A stretch of 64,000 nucleotides of DNA, taken from NCBI RefSeq assembly GCF_037042905.1, contig NC_087256.1:21886001-21950000 (forward strand), written 5' to 3'. Shown piece after piece: positions 24,521 to 37,000 of the stretch; within the stretch, counting starts at the first letter, position 1, and each line of letters opens with the position of its first letter. Below the pieces are notes generated by a model, which did not search any database, was not told where the DNA came from, and saw only the letters and a list, made by a program, of their open reading frames with translations. The translations under genes were made by a program, and so were the position numbers. This DNA is from Lytechinus pictus (taxonomy: Eukaryota).

Positions 24521-25450
24521 ATTAGAGAGCTTATCACCAGGGGTCGAAACATAGCATATAAATATGTTTGAATTGCGACAAGTAACATACAATGAGAAGT
24601 GATTACATAGAACAGGAACAGCTTTGGTATCCCATTTAAAACATTTTGTGAAGTTAATGTCATTAATTTTCTTTAATGTCTCTTGTGAATTTCTTTGGTC
24701 TTACGCAACAATCAATTCGAGCAAGTAATTTACTTGTTACATTTTATGTTGCAGAATAAATTGCATATCGTATCACCCTTGAATGATATATGATGCCAAT
24801 CGTGTGTGTGTGACATGAAAGAATGATAGATTCATATAGATGTAATACATGTCCTATAGCAATATACACGTACCTTGTTTAGCATTAATGGAGGGAAAAA
24901 GAAAGAATATAATCATGTGCAAATGAAAGAAACAAGGTGTAAGACTTTGGTTTACTCATATCTTTCAACACTGAATTGATACATTTATATCAATGTAACA
25001 GATGTTTTATAGAGTACTGAAGTGATGACGTCACTAAAAACTTTGTTAGCATTTCAGTGTTTTTGATACCATATTTTGGAAGAGCATGATGAAATAACCC
25101 CACTACCAAAATTTGGTGGGAATCCATGGGGGCCTTAGATATGACCTCATGAATACATAATTAACCTCATTGAAGTCATTGTATTATTGACCTGGTTCTA
25201 AGGAAGTTTAACAGGAGATGACACATTTTTTGTTAGTTGTCTTTTCAAATGTTTTCATTATAGAAGTGGCTGTACGTGAAAAGTCACATTCTTCAACACT
25301 ATGAGATAGGGTACCCTGCATGGAGTCTAAATCATCCCGGATAGTGGATATTTTTTTAAATAAATAAACATTTCTTGTGTAGCACATTGTATAACACATA
25401 TCACATTATGATTATAATGTCTGTATGCGCTTCCAAAGGACTTGATAATT

Positions 25451-25671
25451 ATTACCTTGGCTTTTATAGCTTTGCGGCCGTAATTACTTACAGCAAACAT
25501 GCATTTCAAGGAATGAATTCCTACAGGTACCCATTTACATGTACCTCATCTGGGTCGAGTGCAGCACTATGTGGATAAATTCCTTGTTGAAGCAAACTAT
25601 GCCAAAGCTGGGATTTGAACCCACGACCCTCTGTTTCAAAGTCAGGGACTAATCCACTGGAGCACAATGCT
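25451..25671 (-). mobile_element. tRNA-derived SINE (relatives at 37500-37753 minus and 59219-59390 plus, partial)
   Basis: Minus-strand head with A-box-like tgctccagtgg and B-box GGTTCAAATCC, followed by a core gctgcactcgacccag..aaatgggtacc shared among three copies. Confidence 0.8.
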
Positions 25672-27601
25672 TTAGTAACAGAAGTACGTGTCCCCTATAC
25701 TGCATGTGTATAACATGCAAGCAGTAAAACACTTATGCTTCGTCAACAGAATTACTATGTCTTATACAATTCAGGTACAGTTATTTGTTTGGAATACTAT
25801 TTTATCAATATTATGTTTATTATATTTAGTGATGCATGGAAAAATAAATTCATGCTGTTGTTCATGAATTGAGAAATCTATTCTTTTAATGATAATAAAA
25901 TAATATTTTGCTTTTTTATAGTACTTAGTACATCTACATCCCAACAACATGTACGTCTCTAATAAAATGTCGGAAAATCTTAGAAAGAAATCTTGCCATT
26001 TCCCCAGACGATAGAATGTGGATTATGAAATATGATTGACTGCATTAATTAATGATCGATGTACTAACACAGGGAGTAGCCATGGCATGTCAATGGCCTT
26101 TTAAAAAGGCTGCTTTGTCATATCAACTTAAGTATATATTTTGTTATTTTATATATTGGAAGTTAATGTTTTAATGCATTTTCTTAGACATGATCACCAA
26201 TCTTTTCTGGGGATTTAGTTATATATTTTTTTGGATATTTTAATACCATCCGTATCACAGCTGGTAGTTTGCTAGTGCAAGCATCATTGAGATGGTCATA
26301 TGTATTAAAACATGTTCCATTTTCATGTTTTCAACATCTTGTTTGGTCTATATGAGTTTCTTTATAAGATTTCAAAATCCATGGATATTTGCTTATCTGC
26401 GAAGAAAATCATGCCTCTATTTCAAAATATTTGCAGTTATGCTACGTATAAATTTTATTTTAATCATAAATTTTTTGATTCTCTGTATTGTATTCTGAAT
26501 GCATATGATGCGTGTGCTTTTGGTAACATTTATAATTTGTATTTCTTTATATTAATTTCTTGTCTTGTATCGTATTACTACATGTATATTATTCTATTTC
26601 TATGATTGAAAATAAAAATGAAATTTGATATTAGATTATATTTTGGTTTAAAAAAATTTGAAATGAATAAATTCTGATTTCAAATTGAATGTTTTACTGA
26701 AATTCGTTATCCCGGCCCCCTCTCTCTCATTCTTTCCCTCGTCTTATCTTGCTTAGTGTAATTTACAATGGGTATTGCATCATCAAAATTCAACGACACT
26801 GGATAACACTCAATTCCAATAAATAAATAATTCTTTGGAAGAAATTCAATAAAATAAGAGTCAATTGAAGGCAAAGTCATTTAGTCATGATAATACATGT
26901 ATATTTACATAACACTCTACATGCACTTAATGTATTGTTTATACAAAAACAAAGATATTATATATAATTTAAATGAAATCGTGTAATAAAGCAAATTAAT
27001 GATTCATAGGCTACAGAGCAAGTACCACACAAATAGTGCTGGGAGGTCTATCTATATTGAAATTATGTGGTATTGAATATTCGATAGTGGTTATGTGATT
27101 ATGTTGATATATCATAGTAACGAGACGACAGCAAAAAATTGCAGATTATGAAAAGTACATCACTACTTATTGACCACAAATACTGCTCTGTACTGCTTTA
27201 AACCAACTCAGAACTTTTTTGAAGTGGATACCCAAATGCACAAATTCTTCTGCGATTTTGATAATTTGAGTCGATCAGATTTGTCCTAGATGATGTCACA
27301 TCAAATATGCCGCCCTGCTGCGGCAGAGACCGCATACACGTAAATGACGTGCCTAGGAGATGCAGCACGTTGCAGAGCTGTGACGATGTGTGTGCCGTGT
27401 GATGCGATTGCACCAAGATAAATTGGCAATTCGTTGCAGTCCCGAAATCATGTAAACTGACTGAGGGCAAATTTTTCCAGTAAATTAGAAATGTTTGTAT
27501 TGGTGGTGTGTTTTATGAAACCAGTGTCCAGGTCTTCCAAGGATGACAGCGGCCACATAACCAAGATGTCAGTTTTTAGCACCAACATCTATTCCCCTTC
27601 A

Positions 27602-27777
27602 CAGGCGCGGATCCAGGGGGGGTCTTGTCAAATTTTTCGGGTACGAAATATCCTTTATTTCTGGTTGAAAACCTTTCCTTAATTTGTGGTTGAAAACCTT
27701 TTTTTGGGGGGCTTGTCAAAATTTTCCTCCGAAAAATTTGCCCCCCCCCCTTTTGGAAAATCCTGGATCCGCCCCTG
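27602..27777. mobile_element. hAT-like MITE downstream of the RRP12 stop codon
   Basis: TIRs CAGGCGCGGATCCAGG / CCTGGATCCGCCCCTG; 8-bp TSD ccccttca/cccctaca (7/8 match). Confidence 0.8.
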
Positions 27778-28081
27778 CCCCTACACATCATTTGATGCGA
27801 TTGACTCAGTCCCAGATGTATGTGGTGACATCGTATGGTAAACAACAGGGATATGATATGAAAACAAATGTAGAGACAAAGAATTATCAAACTGGAGGAG
27901 AATTTTTAAGTTCTTTGCTCGAGGAGTTCCCTATGCCTGAGCTGTATGTGGTGTGATCGCATGTTAACACCAGGGATATGATAAGGAAATACATGCATAG
28001 ATGACATCTCAAGGCAAACAGCAATCAAATTCTAGTTTTGATTTCAGTTTTTTTCTGCTAGAGGGGTTCCTTCAGATGCCA

Positions 28082-31000
28082 TCATCGTTTCTTCTTTGAC
28101 TTGTTTTTCTTCATTGCCATCTTGCTTCCTCCTTTACTCAGCGAATTCCACTGACCAGCTGCCTTTTTCTTCATTCTGTTGAAAGATGAAAATATGACAA
28201 AAATATCTTTATGAGACTCATCCACACAGTAGGATCAAAGTACCGATGCAGGAATATAAAACATAGTTATGAAAGAACCCCAGAAAGAGGCAAAGGTTAA
28301 ATGGCTCTGTAAAATTATCACTGAAGTAGGAAAAATATTACATGAGGACTCGGGACGTGTTTGCCCCTGAAATGTTTATAAGAGCCATAGGAAATCCACA
28401 TTCATTGCAATGTTAATGCTTATCCAATGCTTCAAATTTTTTTCCATGACATTTGCTCCAAGGACAATACAGTACCGAAGCGATGACGTCAGTTGCCATG
28501 GTGTCATGACGGCCTGGTTCTAAACAAATGAACCCACTTAATGAAAGCGTGTTTCTCATAGGAGAAAACGGCTGCTATCGGAATTTGATCGCTTGCAACC
28601 TATTTTTCAGACGAGCCAAAGTCACTTGCAAATACAAATGTGTACAGAAGATCGTCAGCTGCGACTCTGTTTAGAACCAGCCCGCAATGACACCATGGCA
28701 ACTGACGTCACACTTCGGTACTCTATTGCTCAGAAGGGAAATCTGCACATTAAGCCAAACATGAAACCTAACCTCCAAAACTAAACAAACCCTATTCCTA
28801 ATCTTTTCTCTAAATTCTGAAGCAAACACTCTTACAATCCTAACTCTAACCCTATGCCTATGCCTCTAAAGTTTTAAGACCGGAGCAAATGTCGCAGGAG
28901 CATACGTCGTGTAACCACAGATTCAGGCAGTAGGCTGCAAAAGTAGCAACCAAACATGAAGAAGTAATTTTGTTGCCTGCACTGGAGAGATAGCATTCAA
29001 GGCAGCCATGATTTCTTCTTTGGTATAATTCCTACCTTCTATTCAGTTGCTGTCTGTTGAGTGGAATATATGCAAATGGATCCTGTTTTCCTTTCTTCTT
29101 CATGTCACCGCCGGCTTTCTATACATTTCAAACGAATACAAGAGATGCTGTTTGATTCATAAACCAATACAATTTCACAGCCTCTGAAAATAACCTACTT
29201 AATGGCACTATAAAAATACATTCAATCCTGGAGGGGTTTCATAAAGCTGTTCGTAAGTTTAAAGCGATTTTAAGAACGAATGGTGAACCTTTCTTATGGT
29301 AAACTATATTCACCATTAATGCTTATTGGTGATTATTTAGCGCGTAAGAAAGGTTCACCAGTCGTTTAAACTTACGAACAGCTTTATGAAACGGCCCCCT
29401 GGTGGGGGTTTCATACAGCTGTTTGTAAGTAACAAGCTACTTAAAGAAAGACTGGTGTCTCTTTTTAGGAACTACATCAACAGAAAGGAAAACGTGGTGT
29501 GTATCATTTACCACAAGAAAGGATAACCAATTGTTTGTAAGTAACAAGCTACTTGAAAAACGACTGGTGTCCCTTTTCAGGAAAACTTACGAACAGCTTC
29601 ATGAAACACCCAACTGCATTACTTACCACCTCAATATAGCAGTCACCTGTCTCTAGTAAGTAACCACTATAACTGATTCCCACTGAGGCAGGTTATGTGG
29701 ATCTGTCTTAAGTAGTTGCCTGTCTATGAAGGTCATATTTCGTGTTTTCGTTGGATGGTCATTATAGATAAGACTTACTGTAATTCCTAATCAAATTCAT
29801 TCAAAATTCAAAATATTTTCATCACAGAAAAGAACTAAAGTTCTTCAATTTTAGGCATCAGGATGTAGCAAATACACAATGCAATCATGAACCAATTAGA
29901 TATTTAGAGGAGCACATTCTGGGCCCCGTCTTACAGAGAGTTACTGATCCAATCAATCTCAACTGTATGGAAATCCATCCACACCACAATATTTTCTACA
30001 GGAAATTAGCTCAATCTCCTTAGTAAACAAAGATAATAACGCTAAATCTTCAAGTGAATAATGAATGTATGAACATATATTATAGAAAGAAAATATTTTG
30101 AACATTTTATATTTGCACTTAAGATGTTAACGTTACTGGCCGTCCATAGTTGTGGTTGATTGGATCAATTATACCCCCTTGTAAGACAGGGCCCCAACAT
30201 ACTATGGTGTGATTAAGCTTTCCATACAGTACATGCCAATACCACTTATCAATTTGATTATCACACTTATTTTGTCTTGGTAATTAAAAAATTGCCGAAA
30301 TGCCTAACCAAAAAAGTTTAATGACTACTAAATTATAGACAAAACCATGGCACTAAATCATAAAGCTTTATAAAAGACTTGATCCTACCTTAGCTGCGTA
30401 TTCCTGACCAGGTTTCACGACAGGTTTCTCTTTCTTAGGGACCCCGATTGGACGATGGATACCGCTCCCTCCAGCTGTTTGGGAATGATATGAACAGAAT
30501 TTCACGTGAGAAAAAGAAATCGGGGACAAATATAGGATATCCGTAATTAGAAGGATGTTTGTTGTTTCTAAAGAGTCGACACTCTTACTACTAAAAAAAA
30601 AAAAAAAAAAATCACTGCACACCTACGTGTATATGCAACCACCTTTATATCTTGCTACATTTACACTCTAAATAAGAAACAAAAAATCTCAAGATGTGAA
30701 TTTTTCATTTTAAATGTACAAAAAAAAATCAGGGTAAAACAATATTCACCTTTAAATTCTTTTGCTCAATATCTCATATTTTTCTGATATCTCAGATCTG
30801 ATATCTCAGGAATTTAAAAAAATGGGCAATCCCATAGAGAAAAAAATCATTATGTACATGTACATTCAAAACCAATTTTCTCTATTTTTTAAAATTCACT
30901 TTAATATGTACATGAAGAGTAGAAAAGAACAAAAAAACATTTCGAAAGGTCCACAAAAATGGAGTTGGAAATATATATTTTATGAAATCACCCATGTGAT

Positions 31001-34000
31001 TTATTAGACTTTATTACCAAAAATTCACAAGTAAAATTCTAAATGTATACTAAAAAAAAAAGACTCATTAAATTTATGATGCTGCTGACCTTTGTACTTG
31101 GTAGGCGTCTCGTCTTCATCATCTGATATACTGAGATCCTCAAGCTTCCTTTTTGTTGTCTTTTGAAACTAATGAAATAAAAATAAAATAGAAACACTAG
31201 CAAAATGATTCAAATAGTAAAAGCATGAACAAAGTTTAAATCTCACACCTCGGATCATTTTCATCACCACCACCGCCACGGCCTCCATGATATTTGCCAA
31301 ATCACAATAAATATACAGTATTACAATGTTGTCAGGAATGACTCAGAGAAAGAGAATACACAGTTCCAGTAAGATAATAACATCAATAAAGCAGAATTTG
31401 TCTGGAATTTCATTCCATATTGATAGAATGCTTGCAGAAATATCTTGCTCATCAATAAATTCTACAGTAATTCATTTAACCACTATATGATGCTTTCTGC
31501 ACAAGAGATCTTCTCTTCTTACAAGAATCCTTCAGTTCTGGGTGTATTTTACAAAGAATCAAGTCTGACTACAATCCATGCCTAAGTACCATTACATAAA
31601 TGATATTAAATGCTTAACCGTCTTGATTTATACATTTACGTAGTAGGGCATGCACCATCAAGCGTATCATGACCAAAACAGCAATGGGGTGAGTGTAAAT
31701 TAAAGTGCAATTTTTCTTTCTTGAATCTTTGTGAACCCCCCCCCCCATTTTCCTATAAGAAACTTCTCCTCACCTTTGAAAATTCATCATCCATCATATC
31801 CTCCAAATCGTCAGTCGCTGCTCCTCCTCCTTTGGCCTTCCCTCCTTGTTTCTTCTTTCCCTTCACCTTCTCCGCTTCTTCTTCTTCCATCTCTGCAATG
31901 AGGAGCCTACCATCGGGAAGGGTCTTAAAGTTATGCTTGATGTGACCCGCTGATTGGGTCTCCTTTGATTCCGGTTTGGTGGCTAGTTGCAGGGGGGGTA
32001 AACGGAATTGGAATGAATGGATTCATCGACAACCAACTTGGAAGGAGTTTGTGCTCACAGGTATGGTAAAACATGGACACAATCATAAGAGAGAATATAT
32101 TGGAATGAATGGAATGAAAATAAAAGTATAATAGATACATTAATTCCAATAATGAATGGATCTTAGAAATAAAATATAAGAAATTCCTAAGTATGAAAAG
32201 TGACATCCAGGTGCACAGGACAACCAAATAGGAGATATATTGATCTTGTACATGTCAAAGAGACAATTTTTGTGGTATTGTATATGGCTAATGCGGTCAC
32301 ATCCATGAGGCATGCAGACAGCCTGAGCATGAATGCCACACATTGGTCCAAGTTGCGGGAGAGAAGAGGCAGCGTAGCTCAGTCGGTTGAAGCGCCTGTT
32401 TCGGATAAGATCATTCGTGTATGATCTCAACGTGAGGGCTTCGAGTCCCACTGATCGAAACGCGGCAAAAATCTCATGCTAGCGTGACTAACTGCTGTAT
32501 TCAGTGCACATATGAATGCAGTTGGAAAACACTCCATCCATTGGAAAGGGCCCAAATGCTGGTCCTGTGTATAGGAGAGTCTCAACAAGTGCATGTTAAA
32601 AACAATACACTATTCAGGGGTGAGAGTGGTCACAAATAAAAAGATCTGAAAAAAGCTGAAGAGTGTTGAAAAAGTCTGATATAGAAAGAGCTCCCATACT
32701 TTTTGTACAGAGGAAGGCCCAAAATAAGCTGAGATTAAGCTGAAAATCAAAACAAAAAAATCTAAAATCAGATAAAAATCTGAACTCTCACACCCCTGAC
32801 TATTAGTCAGAAAAGTCAAATAATAGGGTGTTCACCTGGTGTATTGCACCTGCCAGTCCCCAGCAAACCTCGGTAGGAGTACAATAATACACCAGAGGGT
32901 GGTCTGTACTCAGAGAGGAAGAAGAAGATTTTGCATGGTTTGTCCGTGCCAAGCAATGCCAAAAATATAGAATCTGCATCAAAACCATGACAGCATGGTC
33001 ACCAGCGTTGGGAGCTCACACTGATGTTCCAAATCACATTAAGGTGTTCAAACTTAAACAGGAGGAGAGAGAAATGGACTGTACGATGCAATTACTCCAG
33101 GAATGGGAATCTATTGTCACAAACTGTTTATAATACTTCTACTAGTTTCAATCTATTGGCAAATATGTACCTCTGATTCTGTCATGAGCCTTTATTCTAA
33201 CCACTCTATAACTAAAACCAGTCCATTTCTTGTAAGCACCAAACCGAGTGTTTTAAGGCCACCGCACACCTTACAACTGTTCGCGATCCGATTTTGGAAC
33301 AAAATCGCATTTTGCTCATTTTCTGAAAATGTGAATGGAAAATATCATTTTATTTGAGGTTAAAATTAATTAAAAGAATACTAATATAACAATTTTGAAA
33401 GATTGGAAGCCTTTATTTTGGAGTAATGGCCAAATTAGTTTCAAATCGTAGCCAATCGTACGACTGCTATGCGTCATTATGACTAGATATTAAATTTGCT
33501 TTTATTCTAAGAAGGATGATAGCATAGTCACATAATTGAACATAGGTATTCGTACGATGATTTCGAATATTACACAGTGAGATATTCCAAGTCTCAATAT
33601 TAGCATCAAATTCTACTACGTTTTATTCCAAAATTGAGTCGCAGACCAATCGTAAGGTGTGCGGTCGCCTTTATAGTCTTCTCATTTCCTTTCTTCTCTC
33701 TACTATTCTTCATAGAAAGATCTCTGCAACAGAGGAACAGAGCGCACAGAATTACTTCATTCATCTGACCAACTGCCGAAGCAACTGCAAAGGACTGAGA
33801 AATGTCACATATTCACTATATATGACTAACTCTGCGACAGAGCTTACAGAATTACTACATTCATCTGACAAACTGCAGAAGCAACTGAAAAGGACAAAAA
33901 AATGTCACATATCCTTCTATATGACTAACTCTACAATGATAGCTTGCAGACTTTTACTTTGTTCAACTGACAAACTGCAGATGGAACAGAAAAGGGTTAA

Positions 34001-37000
34001 GGAATGTCACATATACTTCTACATGACTTACTCTACAAGGATAGCTTGCAGACTTTTACTTTGTTCAACTGACAAACTGCAGATGCAACAGAAAAGGGTT
34101 AAGGAATGTCACATATCCTTCTACATGACTTACTCTACAAGGATAGCTAGCAGACTTTTACTTTGTTCAACTGGCAAACTGCAGATGCAACAGAAAAGGG
34201 TTAAGGAATGTCACATATCCTTCTACATGACTTACTCTACAAGGATAGCGTGCAGACTTACTTTGTTCAACTGACAAACTGCAGATGCAATAGAAAAGGG
34301 TTAAGGAATGTCACATATCCTTCTACATGACTTACTCTACAAGGATAGCTTGCAGACTTACTTTGTTCAACTGACAAACTGCAGATGCAACAGAAAAGGG
34401 TTAAGGAATGTCACATATCCTTCTATAATGACTAACTCTACAATGATAGCTTGCAGACTTTTACTTTGTTCAACTGACAAACTGCAGATGCAACAGAAAA
34501 GGGTTAAGGAATGTCACATATCCTTCTACATGACTTACACTACAAGGATAGCTTGCAGACTTACTTTGTTCAACTGACAAACTGCAGATGCAACAGAAAA
34601 GGGTTAAGGAATGTCACATATCCTTCTACATGACTTACTCTACAAGGATAGCTTGCAGACTTACTTTGTTCAACTGACAAACTGCAGATGCAACAGAAAA
34701 GGGTTAAGGAATGTCACATATCCTTCTACATGACTTACTCTACAAGGATAGCTTGCAGACTTTTATTTCAACTGACAAACTGCAGATGCAACAGAAAAGG
34801 GTTAAGGAATGTCACATATCCTTCTAAATGACTTACTCTACAAGGATAGCTTGCAGACTTTTACTTTGTTCAACTGACAAACTGCAGATGCAACAGAAAA
34901 GGGTTAAGGAATGTCACATATCCTTCTACATGACTTACTCTACAAGGATAGCTTGCAGACTTTTACTTTGTTCAACTGACAAACTGCAGATGCAACAGAA
35001 AAGGGTTAAGGAATGTCACATATCCTTCTACATGACTTACTCTACAAGGATAGCTTGCAGACTTTTACTTTGTTCAACTGACAAACTGCAGATGCAACAG
35101 AAAAGGGTTAATGAATGTCACATATCATTCTACATGACTTACTCTACAAGGATAGCTTGGATACTTTTACTTTGTTCAACTGACAAACTGCAGATGCAAC
35201 AGAAAGGGGTTAAGGAATGTCACATATCCTTCTACATGACTTACTCTACAAGGATAGCTTGCAGACTTTTACTTTGTTCAACTGACAAACTGCAGATGCA
35301 ACAGAAAAGGGTTAAGGAATGTCACATATCCTTCTACATGACTTACTCTACAAGGATAGCTTGCAGACTTTTACTTTGTTCAACTGACAAACTGCAGATG
35401 CAACAGAAAAGGGTTAAGGAATGTCACATATCCTTCTACATGACTTACTCTACAAGGATAGCTTGCAGACTTTTACTTTGTTCAACTGACAAACTGCAGA
35501 TGCAACAGAAAAGGGTTAAGGAATGTCACATATCCTTCTACATGACTTACTCTACAAGGATAGCTTGCAGACTTTTACTTTGTTCAACTGACAAACTGCA
35601 GATGCAACAGAAAAGGGTTAATGAATGTCACATATCATTCTACATGACTTACTCTACAAGGATAGCTTGCAGACTTTTACTTTGTTCAACTGACAAACTG
35701 CAGATGCAACAGAAAAGGGTTAAGGAATGTCACATATCCTTCTACATGACTTACTCTATAATGATAGCTTGCAGACTTTTACTTTGTTCAACTGACAAAC
35801 TGTTGAAGCAACAGAAAAGGGTTGAGAAATGTCACATATCCTTCTATATGACTAACTCTACAAGGATAGCTTGCAGAATTGCTTCGTTCATCTGACAAAC
35901 TGCCGAAGCAACCGCAAAGGACCGAGATATGTAATATATTCACTCTATGTGACTAACTCTACAAAGATGGTGTGCAGAATTACTTTGTTCACCTGACCAA
36001 CTGCCGAAGCAAATGCAAAGGACTGAGAAATGTCACATATTCACTCTATGTGGCTAACTCTAAAAAGACAGCGTGCAGAATTGCTTTGTTCATCTGCAGA
36101 AGTAACTGAAGTGGACTAAATGTCACATATTAACTCTACATGAATAACTCTGCAACACAGCATATGGAATTACTTCGTTCATCTGACCAACTGCCAAAGC
36201 AAAATTCTATTTTACTTATTATTTCCAATGATAATAATATTCCGCATTTATATAGCGCTTAACACATCGGAGCGACATCTCTAAGCGCTTTACAGATATA
36301 TGATGATGAAATGGTGGAGATTGAGTGTATGCAGGGATGTTGAAGAGGTCAAAGTTGTCATTGCACTGTATGATTATGTCTGAGGACCTGACATAAGAAA
36401 TTCAATCGATCAAGATCAATGCAAAGTGGCTGAATCTTTCAGTCGCCCTGCGATAGTGAGCGCAGCAAAGACTAAGGGTCCTCCATAAAAAAGGAGTACA
36501 TGTATGAGTGTGCGTGGATAAGTTGTAGAGGTAAAGCGAAATGATTTTGTTTGAGGACCTGACATAGGAAATACTATTGATCAAGATCAATGAAAAAGTG
36601 GTTGAATCTTTCATTCGCCCTGCGAGAGTAAGCGTAGCAGAGGCTATGGGTTCTCCGTCAAAAAATAGTTTGAGTATATGCGGTGATGTTGTAGAGTTGT
36701 CATTGCAGTATATGACTTTGTCTGAGGACCTGACAGACTAAGTACTGTATCATGTGGAAGTGCCATGTTATAAGTATGACATTTTTAGTCCAATTTTGTT
36801 AATCTTTATTTGCTCATTGCTATGTAACGGTACATATTCCTGGAAAAAAATCTTTCTACAGATTTTTTTTTTTAGCATTCAGTATCAAATTTGTTTGGTT
36901 TCAGGAAAAAAGAGTTGTGAAAGTCAGCTTGTCATAACTATTAAAGACTTAACAAGGGAACTAACTTGGTTGAGCAGATTGATTTTTGAATTCCTTATTA

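Noticed and set aside
32368-32453. Functional tRNA gene
   Set aside because: There is no proper acceptor stem or poly-T terminator, and it continues into a SINE body.
33657-35895. 205-aa and 355-aa repeat ORFs as a protein gene, or the array as CRISPR
   Set aside because: The ORFs arise because the 102-bp unit is divisible by 3 and are broken by 100-bp units. There are no unique spacers and no cas genes, and the context is a eukaryotic intron.
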